Virus record (IMG/VR): IMGVR_UViG_3300029336_000005
DNA: 46,909 bases
Source of the DNA: a virus
Direction: 5' to 3' (one strand)
The position numbers and the translations under genes are program-made. How positions within the stretch are numbered: the stretch's first letter is position 1; each line of letters opens with the position of its first letter. The notes under the pieces were generated by a model. It did not search any database. It had not been told where the DNA came from and was given only the letters and a program-made list of their open reading frames with translations. Positions 35,766 through 43,343 of the stretch are shown one piece after another.

Positions 35766-36067
35766 GCATATCAGAATTTGTACAGATTTTCCTCTCTATC
35801 TGTGGAGGGGTGTCTATTGTCGGAGGAGCGGCGGCTGTAATCTTTAAGTGGATTACCCCGGCGTTTCGACTTAATAAGCGAGTAGAGACACTGGAAGAAC
35901 ATGACAAACGAGATTACGAGAGTCTTCAGAGGATTGCAGAGCGAGATTCATTAATTCTGGAAGTGCTGTCGACCATGTTGGACAGTCAGATTAGTGGGAA
36001 TAATGTCGAGGAGTTAAAAAAAACAAAACAGAAGCTCACGGAGTATCTTGCACAGAATCAGCGTTAA
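35762..36067 (+). CDS. Single-TM coiled-coil protein
   Basis: TM IFLSICGGVSIVGGAAAVIF followed by a helical charged region. Confidence 0.4.
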   Translation: MSISEFVQIFLSICGGVSIVGGAAAVIFKWITPAFRLNKRVETLEEHDKRDYESLQRIAERDSLILEVLSTMLDSQISGNNVEELKKTKQKLTEYLAQNQR

Positions 36068-36084
36068 TTGCATTAATAAGGGGT

Positions 36085-36291
36085 ATGCTCATGAAATTAT
36101 ATGTGTTCACAAAGAAAGATATAGACAGGTTCTTGATAGAGTGTAATTTTACACCGGATGAAGAAAAGCTGTTCCGGCTGAGATGCCAGGAACGCACTCT
36201 TGAATACTGCGCTGAACAGATGAATGTGAGTATATCCACGGCGAAACGGTTAAGCCGCCGGGTAAACAATAAAATAATCAAAGTATGCTAA
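36085..36291 (+). CDS. Small sigma-70 region-4-like HTH protein (candidate late transcription factor)
   Basis: FTPDEEKLFRLRCQERTLEYCAEQMNVSISTAKRLSRRVNNKI. The start may be the second ATG at 36091. Confidence 0.55.
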   Translation: MLMKLYVFTKKDIDRFLIECNFTPDEEKLFRLRCQERTLEYCAEQMNVSISTAKRLSRRVNNKIIKVC

Positions 36292-36297
36292 AAGTAA

Positions 36298-36330
36298 GGA
36301 GAGGATATTTTTACCCTCTCCCATTTTTTT
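36298..36330. terminator. Bidirectional terminator between convergent genes
   Basis: Stem ggagagg/cctctcc followed by cattttttt on the plus strand. Confidence 0.7.
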
Positions 36331-37030
36331 AACAAAAATCTTCTTTTACAACCCTTTCAAGTAGATTTATCACGTATTCTGGTGGAGTTCGTTTACCGCC
36401 CTCCCAATTTTCAATACTCCTCTTAGGAATACCGTATTTTTCAGAAAAAGCTTGCTGCGTGAGTCCAGATAACGTTCTAATTTCGTGAAAATCGAGAGGA
36501 TTTGAAGAAACTTTTTCAGGAAATACATCCTCTTCTCTTACCTGATATGTGAAGAATCCCATCGAGGATGGAAGAATTCTAAAATAAAACTTTTCATCGT
36601 TATCTTCTTCTATCCAGGTTTGCTGTAAAAATATTTTTGGACACCATTCTTCTGCTGCAAATAGTTCATCCGTGTCAGAATAAACAAAGTAAGAACATAA
36701 ATCACCTGTACTAGCTTTTATTCTTTTCACTTCATCATAGATAAATTTTGTTCTGACGTATCGTACTACGCTAAGTACCTGTTCTATACTAAGATCCGGA
36801 AACAAAATTTCAATTTGCTTATAAGTTTTACTCCATAGCCACATATGATATTTATCATCTAATTCCACTGGCGTATCAATGTAACCGTCGCCACGAGCTG
36901 ACAAGAGATGGTACACAAAGCTAGTTATCTCTTTATCATTTGGAAATAGTAAAAGATTTGACTTTTCCTGATCCTCAAGATCTTGTTTTACCATGTCTAA
37001 AAACTTTTCATATTCATATTTTTTAATCAT
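36329..37030 (-). CDS. Two-domain protein: unknown N-terminal domain plus a C-terminal MqsA/HigA-like XRE HTH
   Basis: C-terminus IRTLSGLTQQAFSEKYGIPKRSIENWEGGKRTPPEYVINLL. AT-rich and antisense to the late operon. Confidence 0.65.
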   Translation of the reverse strand: MIKKYEYEKFLDMVKQDLEDQEKSNLLLFPNDKEITSFVYHLLSARGDGYIDTPVELDDKYHMWLWSKTYKQIEILFPDLSIEQVLSVVRYVRTKFIYDEVKRIKASTGDLCSYFVYSDTDELFAAEEWCPKIFLQQTWIEEDNDEKFYFRILPSSMGFFTYQVREEDVFPEKVSSNPLDFHEIRTLSGLTQQAFSEKYGIPKRSIENWEGGKRTPPEYVINLLERVVKEDFC

Positions 37031-37031
37031 T

Positions 37032-37484
37032 TTATTTTTCTCCTTTCTTTTCTTTTCCGTTGTAGTGTTTTAATATGCTATAGAAATAGTCTTCACAATA
37101 GCAACCGCGTTCTTTACTGAGTATTGCATATAAGCTGTCGTGCGGATTCCTTGGTTCTATGGCGTATTCGCGATGATTAATAAACCAGCTTGCTTCTGTA
37201 ATGGTGAATAAAATATTTACGGTTCTTTTTACTCTTTCTAATCTTTTGACGCGGCTATTAACTCTGTGATATTCAACAAGACTGTTTCCATACTCGATCA
37301 TCTTCTTACGAATATCCTCAGCCCAGGCAATCTGTTTCGGACTCCCAACCAGTTCTGGTAATTCTTTACACATACCTTTTACTTCCTTCCATGCTTTCTT
37401 AAGACCGGAGGAAATAGACATTCCAGCTTTCTTAACTAACTCCCATGCCCTTTTCATGATTGCTGATAAATTATATTTTTTCAT
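37032..37484 (-). CDS. Hypothetical protein, first gene of the antisense cassette
   Basis: 150 aa with motifs IMKRAWELVKKAG, LKKAWKEVKG and GSPKQIAWAEDIRKKM. RBS aaggagga. The stop abuts the start of the next gene. Confidence 0.55.
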   Translation of the reverse strand: MKKYNLSAIMKRAWELVKKAGMSISSGLKKAWKEVKGMCKELPELVGSPKQIAWAEDIRKKMIEYGNSLVEYHRVNSRVKRLERVKRTVNILFTITEASWFINHREYAIEPRNPHDSLYAILSKERGCYCEDYFYSILKHYNGKEKKGEK

Positions 37485-37525
37485 ATCTTTTTCCTCCTTG
37501 ATTTCTTGTTCCTCTTTCTGATATT

Positions 37526-37554
37526 ATAATACCACCCAGTGGGTGATATGTCAA
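37526..37554 (-). promoter_or_regulatory. Near-consensus sigma70 promoter with an embedded palindromic operator, driving the antisense cassette
   Basis: Minus strand reads TTGACA, 17 nt, TGgTATTAT. The spacer contains CACCCA-n-TGGGTG (37533-37545). Confidence 0.7.
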
Positions 37555-37631
37555 TACTTTTTTGACACTTTCTTGAACTTTTTAGATTGATGTATCTATG
37601 CAAAAATATAATCAGAAAGGTGGTGCGTAAA

Positions 37632-38102
37632 ATGGCATTATATAACAATCCTTATCAATATAGTTTTGGTGTTCCGGGGCAAATGAATCAGTTCCAACAA
37701 CAGCCTGTCCAGATACCAGCTCAACCAGTACAGCAACCCCAACAGAATAATAATGGTATCCTGTGGGTATCCGGCGAAGTCGGTGCAAAATCCTATCTGG
37801 TAGCACCCGGAACAAGTGTTTTACTGATGGACAGTGAAAGTGAAAAATTCTTTATAAAATCCACAGACGTTTCCGGTATGCCACAGCCATTACGGACGTT
37901 TGAATACCACGAGGTAGGCACTCAGATGCCACCTAAACAGCCTGTTCAAAATATGGACAGTAAATACGTCACCAGACAGGAATATGACGATTTAAAGGGC
38001 AAATACGAAGCTATCATAAACCGATTAAATTCTTTTTCTGAACCTGTTAGAACTAATACCGCACAGGAATCGGCGGTCAAGGGAGGAAATGCAGATGAGT
38101 AA
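37632..38102 (+). CDS. Q/P-rich N-terminus plus a small beta-rich domain; unknown function (cassette gene 1)
   Basis: NQFQQQPVQIPAQPVQQPQQNNNG, then GILWVSGEVGAKSYLVAPGTSVLLMDSESEKFFIKSTD. Confidence 0.5.
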   Translation: MALYNNPYQYSFGVPGQMNQFQQQPVQIPAQPVQQPQQNNNGILWVSGEVGAKSYLVAPGTSVLLMDSESEKFFIKSTDVSGMPQPLRTFEYHEVGTQMPPKQPVQNMDSKYVTRQEYDDLKGKYEAIINRLNSFSEPVRTNTAQESAVKGGNADE

Positions 38103-38316
38103 TCCATTATTTAACACCCTCGGTGGTGGGATGCTGCAGGGAAACGGGCCAATGCAGATGATACAGCAGTTTATGCAGTTTAAGCAGAATTTCAAGGGAG
38201 ACCCGAAGGAAGAAGTCCAGAAGATGTTACAGTCTGGGAAGATTTCTCAGCAACAGCTTAATCAAGTTCAGCAGATGGCGGGACAGTTTCAACACATGTT
38301 GAAAGAAATGAAATAG
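38095..38316 (+). CDS. Q/M-rich 73-aa protein (cassette gene 2)
   Basis: MQMIQQFMQFKQNF...QQQLNQVQQMAGQFQHML. ATG 38095 lies 8 nt after gggagg. Confidence 0.45.
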   Translation: MSNPLFNTLGGGMLQGNGPMQMIQQFMQFKQNFKGDPKEEVQKMLQSGKISQQQLNQVQQMAGQFQHMLKEMK

Positions 38317-38369
38317 TACATTACAATCTGGCCAGATTGATGTAAATACACAATAAAGGAGATTATATT

Positions 38370-39149
38370 ATGGATGGAAATTATAGCTTAGCAGATATTG
38401 CCGCTGCTACTGGAAACGGTAGAAATAATGACGGCATGTTTGGCGGAGATGGTGCATGGTGGCTTATCGTGCTTTTCTTATTCGTATTTTGTGGATGGGG
38501 AAACAACGGCTGGGGCAATAATGGCAACGGCGGCGGATATGCAGCCACAGCAGCTACTCAGGCGGACATTCAGAGAGGATTCGATAACTCCGCAGTAATT
38601 AGCAAGCTTGACGGAATCAATAGTGGCCTGTGTGATGGATTCTATGCCATGAATAACGGTATGCTTACCGGTTTTAACGGAATCAATACAAACATCATGC
38701 AGACCGGCTTTGGAATCCAGCAGGCAATCAATGCTGATACTGTAGCAAACATGCAGAATACAAATGCTTTACAGGCTCAGCTTGCGAACTGTTGCTGCGA
38801 GACCCGGGAAGCTATCCAGGGCGTGAACTACAATATGGCACAGAACACCTGTGCATTGCAGAACACCATGAACAGTAACACAAGAGACATCATTGATAAC
38901 CAGAATGCAAATGCGAGAGCTGTTTTAGATTATCTTTGCAACGAAAAGATTTCTAACCTGCAGGCTGAAAACAATGACCTCAGACGTGCCGCTTCTCAGG
39001 ATCGCCAGAGTGCACTGCTTACAACTGCAATGGCTTCTCAGACACAGCAGCTCATTAATGCGATTAATCCGGCACCGATTCCGGCTTACCAGGTACCGAA
39101 CCCGAACACATATTACGGATGCGGATGCAACACTGGATGTAATTGCTGA
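38370..39149 (+). CDS. Single-TM N/Q/G-rich protein with Cys clusters (cassette gene 3)
   Basis: TM AWWLIVLFLFVFCGW, then GWGNNGWGNNGNGGG, ANCCCETRE, and a C-terminus YYGCGCNTGCNC. Confidence 0.5.
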   Translation: MDGNYSLADIAAATGNGRNNDGMFGGDGAWWLIVLFLFVFCGWGNNGWGNNGNGGGYAATAATQADIQRGFDNSAVISKLDGINSGLCDGFYAMNNGMLTGFNGINTNIMQTGFGIQQAINADTVANMQNTNALQAQLANCCCETREAIQGVNYNMAQNTCALQNTMNSNTRDIIDNQNANARAVLDYLCNEKISNLQAENNDLRRAASQDRQSALLTTAMASQTQQLINAINPAPIPAYQVPNPNTYYGCGCNTGCNC

Positions 39150-39213
39150 TAACTTCATATCGAGAGTATCTTTCGATTGATTCGAATGTCGGCTTATGCC
39201 GTATTACACAGAG

Positions 39214-39237
39214 GGGCAGGCTGAGACCTGTCCTTTT
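39214..39237 (+). terminator. Weak internal terminator/attenuator within the cassette
   Basis: Stem gggcagg/cctgtcc (one G-T pair), loop ctgaga, then ttttgtg. Confidence 0.4.
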
Positions 39238-39260
39238 GTGATATGAAAGGGGTAAAAATT

Positions 39261-39683
39261 ATGGCAGAATTTACAAATGTAGCTGCTCAGACCGTAGCAG
39301 CAAAAGGAAATGTAGCTTTTTCAAATACAGCAGTTAAAGGTTCTAACTGTATTCAGCACAGAGAGGGAAGCGGAATCATCACCCTGAGAGGACTTACTAA
39401 CCAGTGCAAAGCGAGATTCTTCGTGGATTTTTCTGGTAATATCGCAATTCCAACAGGCGGTACTGTTGAAGCTATTTCTCTGGCTATTGCAATCTCTGGC
39501 GAACCTGTATTATCTTCACAGATGATCTCCACACCGGCAGCAGTAGACCAGTACAACAATGTGTCCTCTGGCATTTATATTGATGTACCTCGCGGATGCT
39601 GCGTTAATATCGCAATAGAGAACACAAGCGATCAGGCAATTTCTGTTGCGAACGCAAACATTGTTGTGACTAGAGAAGCGTAG
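39261..39683 (+). CDS. Predicted all-beta (jelly-roll/BclA-C-terminal-like) protein (cassette gene 4)
   Basis: Alternating hydrophobic pattern IITLRGL...ARFFVDFSGNIAIP...AISLAIAISG...IYIDVPRGCCVNIAIEN...NANIVVTR. The fold call is by eye only. Confidence 0.4.
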   Translation: MAEFTNVAAQTVAAKGNVAFSNTAVKGSNCIQHREGSGIITLRGLTNQCKARFFVDFSGNIAIPTGGTVEAISLAIAISGEPVLSSQMISTPAAVDQYNNVSSGIYIDVPRGCCVNIAIENTSDQAISVANANIVVTREA

Positions 39684-39694
39684 GAGGTGTGATT

Positions 39695-40249
39695 ATGAGA
39701 GACATTAAGGATTTATGTGCAAGAATCGAAGATGAACTTTCCAAAATCGCCGACAGTGGACTGACTACCGGAAATCTGGAAATGACATACAAACTGATTG
39801 ATATGTACAAAGATATCAAGAACACTCAGTACTGGGATAAGAAAGTAGAGTACTACAACACTGTCCTTGATGAGATGCGTGGCGGATACAATGACGATTA
39901 CAGTGAACGCGGAAGAAAGCGCGACAGCATGGGGAGATACAGCTCAAATGATGGCAGAATGATGCCGGATTACGACCGGGGCAGTTCTTATGCCAGACGT
40001 GGTGAACATTATGTCAGAGGGCATTACAGCCGTTCTGACGGACGAGATGCTTATGACGACTACATGACGCAGAAACAGAGTTATCGTTCCGGAAAATCTG
40101 AGGACTGCAAGAGAAAAATGCTTGCCGCTCTGGAGGAACATCTGGACGAACTCACAACAGAAATGAGCGATATGTCCAAGGACGCAGAGTGCCGGGAAGA
40201 ACGTGATCTTGTCAAGAGATACGTGGAAAAACTCCGGGATATGCTCTAA
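39695..40249 (+). CDS. Helical protein with a central R/S/Y/D/G-rich disordered tract (cassette gene 5)
   Basis: YSERGRKRDSMGRYSSNDGRMMPDYDRGSSYARRGEHYVRGHYSRSDGRDAYDDY, flanked by helical ends. Confidence 0.45.
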   Translation: MRDIKDLCARIEDELSKIADSGLTTGNLEMTYKLIDMYKDIKNTQYWDKKVEYYNTVLDEMRGGYNDDYSERGRKRDSMGRYSSNDGRMMPDYDRGSSYARRGEHYVRGHYSRSDGRDAYDDYMTQKQSYRSGKSEDCKRKMLAALEEHLDELTTEMSDMSKDAECREERDLVKRYVEKLRDML

Positions 40250-40256
40250 TTAGCCA

Positions 40257-40296
40257 AAACATGTACCACAACTTTTTGGATACTTTGTGGTAAAAT
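40257..40296 (+). promoter_or_regulatory. Late-type promoter copy 3: AAACATGTACCACAAC, 18 nt, TAAAAT (TGg extended -10)
   Basis: Same motif and spacing as copies 1 and 2. Upstream of the leader RNA, tRNA and head genes. Confidence 0.7.
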
Positions 40297-40302
40297 ATAT
40301 TC

Positions 40303-40590
40303 ATAGGGAAGATTCGTAAGTGGTTGACGCCACTTGACATAGACATTTTTTTTCATTGATTCCTCCTTTCTTGGGCACGTGTCCTTAACAGAAACAGGTT
40401 CGAGCGGAATCTGGAGGTTGAAAAGCGGATGCAATTTCCGACACGCGCCATTACTGTCTATATGACTTGCTCGCTCGCATAGACAGTACGCGCCTCCTTG
40501 TAAAAGGTAGATGGGCGGACAGACGCCCGAAACAACTCGTGGCAGGCATGACACGTAAAACACCTTGCTAACCCGGGAATCCGGGTTAAA
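40303..40590 (+). ncRNA. Candidate structured leader RNA (~290 nt, no plus-strand ORF) between late promoter 3 and the tRNA
   Basis: Hairpins read directly: aagtgg/ccactt; cgcg..tactgtctat/atagacagta..cgcg (10+4 bp); gggcg/cgccc; acccgg/ccgggt. Possible long-range pair acgtgtc (40377-83) with gacacgt (40550-56). Confidence 0.3.
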
Positions 40591-40662
40591 GGCAGGATGG
40601 AGAAGTGGAATCTCGCAAGGTTCATATCCTTGAGAACGGCGGTTCGAATCCGTCTCCTGCAA
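40591..40662 (+). tRNA. tRNA with anticodon CAU (Met-type; could be elongator Met, initiator-like or lysidine-Ile2)
   Basis: Hand-folded cloverleaf. Acceptor ggcagga/tcctgca (G1-A72 unpaired), U8, D arm gaga-agtggaa-tctc, anticodon arm caagg-ttCATat-ccttg, variable agaac, T arm ggcgg-ttcgaat-ccgtc, discriminator A. No encoded CCA. Confidence 0.8.
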
Positions 40663-40737
40663 TTACCCTGCCAGTGGTCTAACTGGCTTAATCCATACCT
40701 GCGGCGGCAGGTCAATAAACACGACCAGGAGGATATT

Positions 40738-41370
40738 ATGCAGAAACTTATTGACACATTAAAATCATTTGGAATCGAAATCCCGGAGGACAAACAGGCA
40801 GATGTGAAAAAGGCACTCTCTGAGCATTATAAAAATGCTAAAGAAGTAGCAAAAACTCTGTCGAAAGTCGAGGGTGAACGTGATGACTGGAAAGTACGTG
40901 CGGAGACGGCAGAAGAAACTCTGAAAGGTTTTGACGGTATCGACCCGGCGAACATTCAGACGGAGCTTGCTGGATGGAAGAAAAAAGCCGAAGATGCAGA
41001 GAAAGAATTCAATGCAAAAATCTACGACCGTGATTTTTCAGATGCACTCAAAGCGGCACTCGATGATGTTAAATTTTCCAGTGAAGCTGCAAAGAAGTCT
41101 GTTATGGCAGACATTAAGGAAGCAGGATTGAAGCTGAAAGATGGTAAAATCCTTGGACTGAACGACTTGATCGAACAGATGAAGCAGTCTGACGCGTCTG
41201 CTTTTGTGGATGAATCTCAGCAGCAGGCTCAGCAGAATCAGGCAAGATTTACCACTCACGTTGGACAGCAGCAGACACCGGGAAGCATGACGAAAAAAGA
41301 TATCGAAGCGATCAAAGACCCGTCCGAGAGACAGGCTGCAATCGCTCAGAATATCCAGTTATTCCAGTGA
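40738..41370 (+). CDS. Scaffolding protein (phage GP20-like)
   Basis: ATG after ccaggagga. Helical and acidic (DDWKVRAETAEETLKGF, AEDAEKEF). Immediately precedes the capsid gene. Confidence 0.7.
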   Translation: MQKLIDTLKSFGIEIPEDKQADVKKALSEHYKNAKEVAKTLSKVEGERDDWKVRAETAEETLKGFDGIDPANIQTELAGWKKKAEDAEKEFNAKIYDRDFSDALKAALDDVKFSSEAAKKSVMADIKEAGLKLKDGKILGLNDLIEQMKQSDASAFVDESQQQAQQNQARFTTHVGQQQTPGSMTKKDIEAIKDPSERQAAIAQNIQLFQ

Positions 41371-41446
41371 TTTTTACACCGACTATACACCAGAGTATAG
41401 CCGCTAACCCAATACCTTAACAATTATGGGTAGAAAGGATTTTTTT

Positions 41447-42616
41447 ATGCCAGCAAAAACAAATCTTATCATGACTAATGATATTCAGGTCACAGCACGT
41501 GAGATTGATTTTGTTACCAGATTCGAAAGAAACTGGCAGCACTTACGTGACATTCTGGGTATCATGAGACCTATCAAAAAACAGCCGGGTGCTGTACTCA
41601 AGTCCAAATACGCAGAGGGTACATTACAGAGCGGAAATGTTGGTGAGGGTGAGGAAATCCCTTACAGCAAGTTTACCGTAAAAGAAAAGACCTATGCGGA
41701 AATGACTATCGAGAAGTACGCAAAGGCTGTATCTATCGAAGCAATCAAGGACCACGGTTATGAGAACGCTGTTCAGATGACCGATGATGAATTCCTTTTC
41801 CAGCTTCAGACTGATGTTACCGGAAGATTTTACGACTATCTGAAAACCGGTACACTTACTTCCACAGAAACTACATTCCAGATGGCTCTGGCAATGGCTA
41901 AAGGCCGAGTAGAGAACAAATTCAAGCAAATGCACAGAAATGCGACTGGCGTTGTTGGATTTGTCAACATTCTGGACGTATATGAATATCTCGGAGCAGC
42001 TGAGATTACCATTCAGAACCAGTTCGGATTCCAGTACATGAAAGATTTCATGGGCTTCAATACCATCTTCCTGTTATCTGACAGTGAAATCCCACGTGGG
42101 CAGGTTATCGCTACTCCTGTTGAGAACATTGTTCTGTACTATGTAGACCCGAACGAATCTGACTTCGCAAGAGCAGGACTTGTATATACTGTATCTGGCG
42201 AGACAAACCTGATTGGATTCCACACTCAGGGCAACTACCACACCGCAGTATCCGAAGCGTTTGCGATTATGGGACTTACTCTTTTTGCGGAATACATTGA
42301 CGCAATCGCAGTAATCACCATTGACGAAACACCAACGCTTGGCACTCTGACAGTAAATTCCGTGGCTGGAACAGAAAGCGGTGATACAAAGATCACTGTA
42401 AATCCGGCTAAAGAAAATGCCAACAACGTATATAAATACAAAGTTGCAGCAGACGCAGTAACTGTCGGATATGGACAGAATCTCAGAAACTGGAGCACTT
42501 GGGATGGAAAAGCCGATATCACAGCGACAACTGGACAGAAGATCACGGTGGTTGAGTGTGATGGAACATACAAAGCACTGAATGCCGGAAGTGCAAGCGT
42601 AACAGCAAAATCATAA
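41447..42616 (+). CDS. Major capsid protein with a C-terminal Ig-like domain
   Basis: Position after the scaffold, ~390 aa. The C-terminus TLTVNSVAGTESGDTKITVNPA...KITVVECDG resembles Big_2-type decoration. The alternative start at 41426 has no RBS. Confidence 0.75.
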   Translation: MPAKTNLIMTNDIQVTAREIDFVTRFERNWQHLRDILGIMRPIKKQPGAVLKSKYAEGTLQSGNVGEGEEIPYSKFTVKEKTYAEMTIEKYAKAVSIEAIKDHGYENAVQMTDDEFLFQLQTDVTGRFYDYLKTGTLTSTETTFQMALAMAKGRVENKFKQMHRNATGVVGFVNILDVYEYLGAAEITIQNQFGFQYMKDFMGFNTIFLLSDSEIPRGQVIATPVENIVLYYVDPNESDFARAGLVYTVSGETNLIGFHTQGNYHTAVSEAFAIMGLTLFAEYIDAIAVITIDETPTLGTLTVNSVAGTESGDTKITVNPAKENANNVYKYKVAADAVTVGYGQNLRNWSTWDGKADITATTGQKITVVECDGTYKALNAGSASVTAKS

Positions 42617-42634
42617 ATGCAGGAGGTAACTGGC

Positions 42635-43126
42635 ATGGCTTATGCAGATTATAAATTCTATACAGAATCATTCGGCAATGTCGTGCCAGAAACCGACTTT
42701 CCACGACTGGCAGAAAGAGCCAGTGATTTTATAGACACGATGACATTTAACAGACTGGTGGACGGACTGCCGACAAATGAACGCTCACAGAAGCGCATCA
42801 AAAAGGCGGTCTGTTCATTAGCTGAATTAATGTATCAGATTGAGCTTGCTGAAAAGAATGCTATCAATCAGGCGTCAGCAAATGTAACCGACATAAATGT
42901 CGGGAACATTTCAACAGGCATTGTAACATCTGTATCATCCGGCAGCGAATCCATCTCTTACGCAACACCTCAGCAGATTGGAGCAAGCGCAAAGGAATGG
43001 AGTGCGGTGTATGCCGCTGCCGGAGATACGCAGAAAACGAATGACTTACTCTTAAAGACAGCTTTGCCGCTTCTAATGGGAGTAAGGACGGATGATGGCA
43101 TACCAGTATTGTATGCAGAGGTGTGA
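42635..43126 (+). CDS. Head-tail connector (gp6-like)
   Basis: MAYADYKFYTESFGNVVPETDFPRLAERASDFID is a typical N-terminus. ATG lies 9 nt after aggagg. Confidence 0.65.
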   Translation: MAYADYKFYTESFGNVVPETDFPRLAERASDFIDTMTFNRLVDGLPTNERSQKRIKKAVCSLAELMYQIELAEKNAINQASANVTDINVGNISTGIVTSVSSGSESISYATPQQIGASAKEWSAVYAAAGDTQKTNDLLLKTALPLLMGVRTDDGIPVLYAEV

Positions 43127-43332
43127 ACATGAATAATCAGATTGAGAACAACTTTATGTACCATAGCCCGAAAGACGGGCAGGCAGAAAAATATGAAGAA
43201 GTCAGAGCAAAAGGAAAAGAACTGGCGTATCTGATTGATGGTATTTGCCCGAATAGTAGAGAGAAATCTCTTGCTATGACAAAACTTGAGGAATCCATCA
43301 TGTGGGCAAATGCTTCTATTACAAGAAATTGA
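43123..43332 (+). CDS. 69-aa hypothetical protein
   Basis: YHSPKDGQAEKYEEVR...PNSREKSLAMTKLEESIMWANASI. ATGA overlap. Confidence 0.35.
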   Translation: MNMNNQIENNFMYHSPKDGQAEKYEEVRAKGKELAYLIDGICPNSREKSLAMTKLEESIMWANASITRN

Positions 43333-43343
43333 GGTGAAAAATA

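Noticed and set aside
40358-40372. gattcctcctttctt resembles the 3' end of 16S rRNA (anti-SD).
   Set aside because: It is too short to be an rRNA fragment. It is more simply the complement of the SD of the minus-strand mini-ORF, or one arm of leader structure.
40246-40793. Track ORFs 40246..40662 (-) and 40458..40793 (-), and the 40597 start of the plus-strand ORF.
   Set aside because: They run through the tRNA and the hairpin-rich leader. The scaffold gene has a proper SD and ATG at 40738. Only the 36-aa minus-strand mini-ORF (40246..40356) with a strong SD remains an open question, and it is noted under the leader finding.
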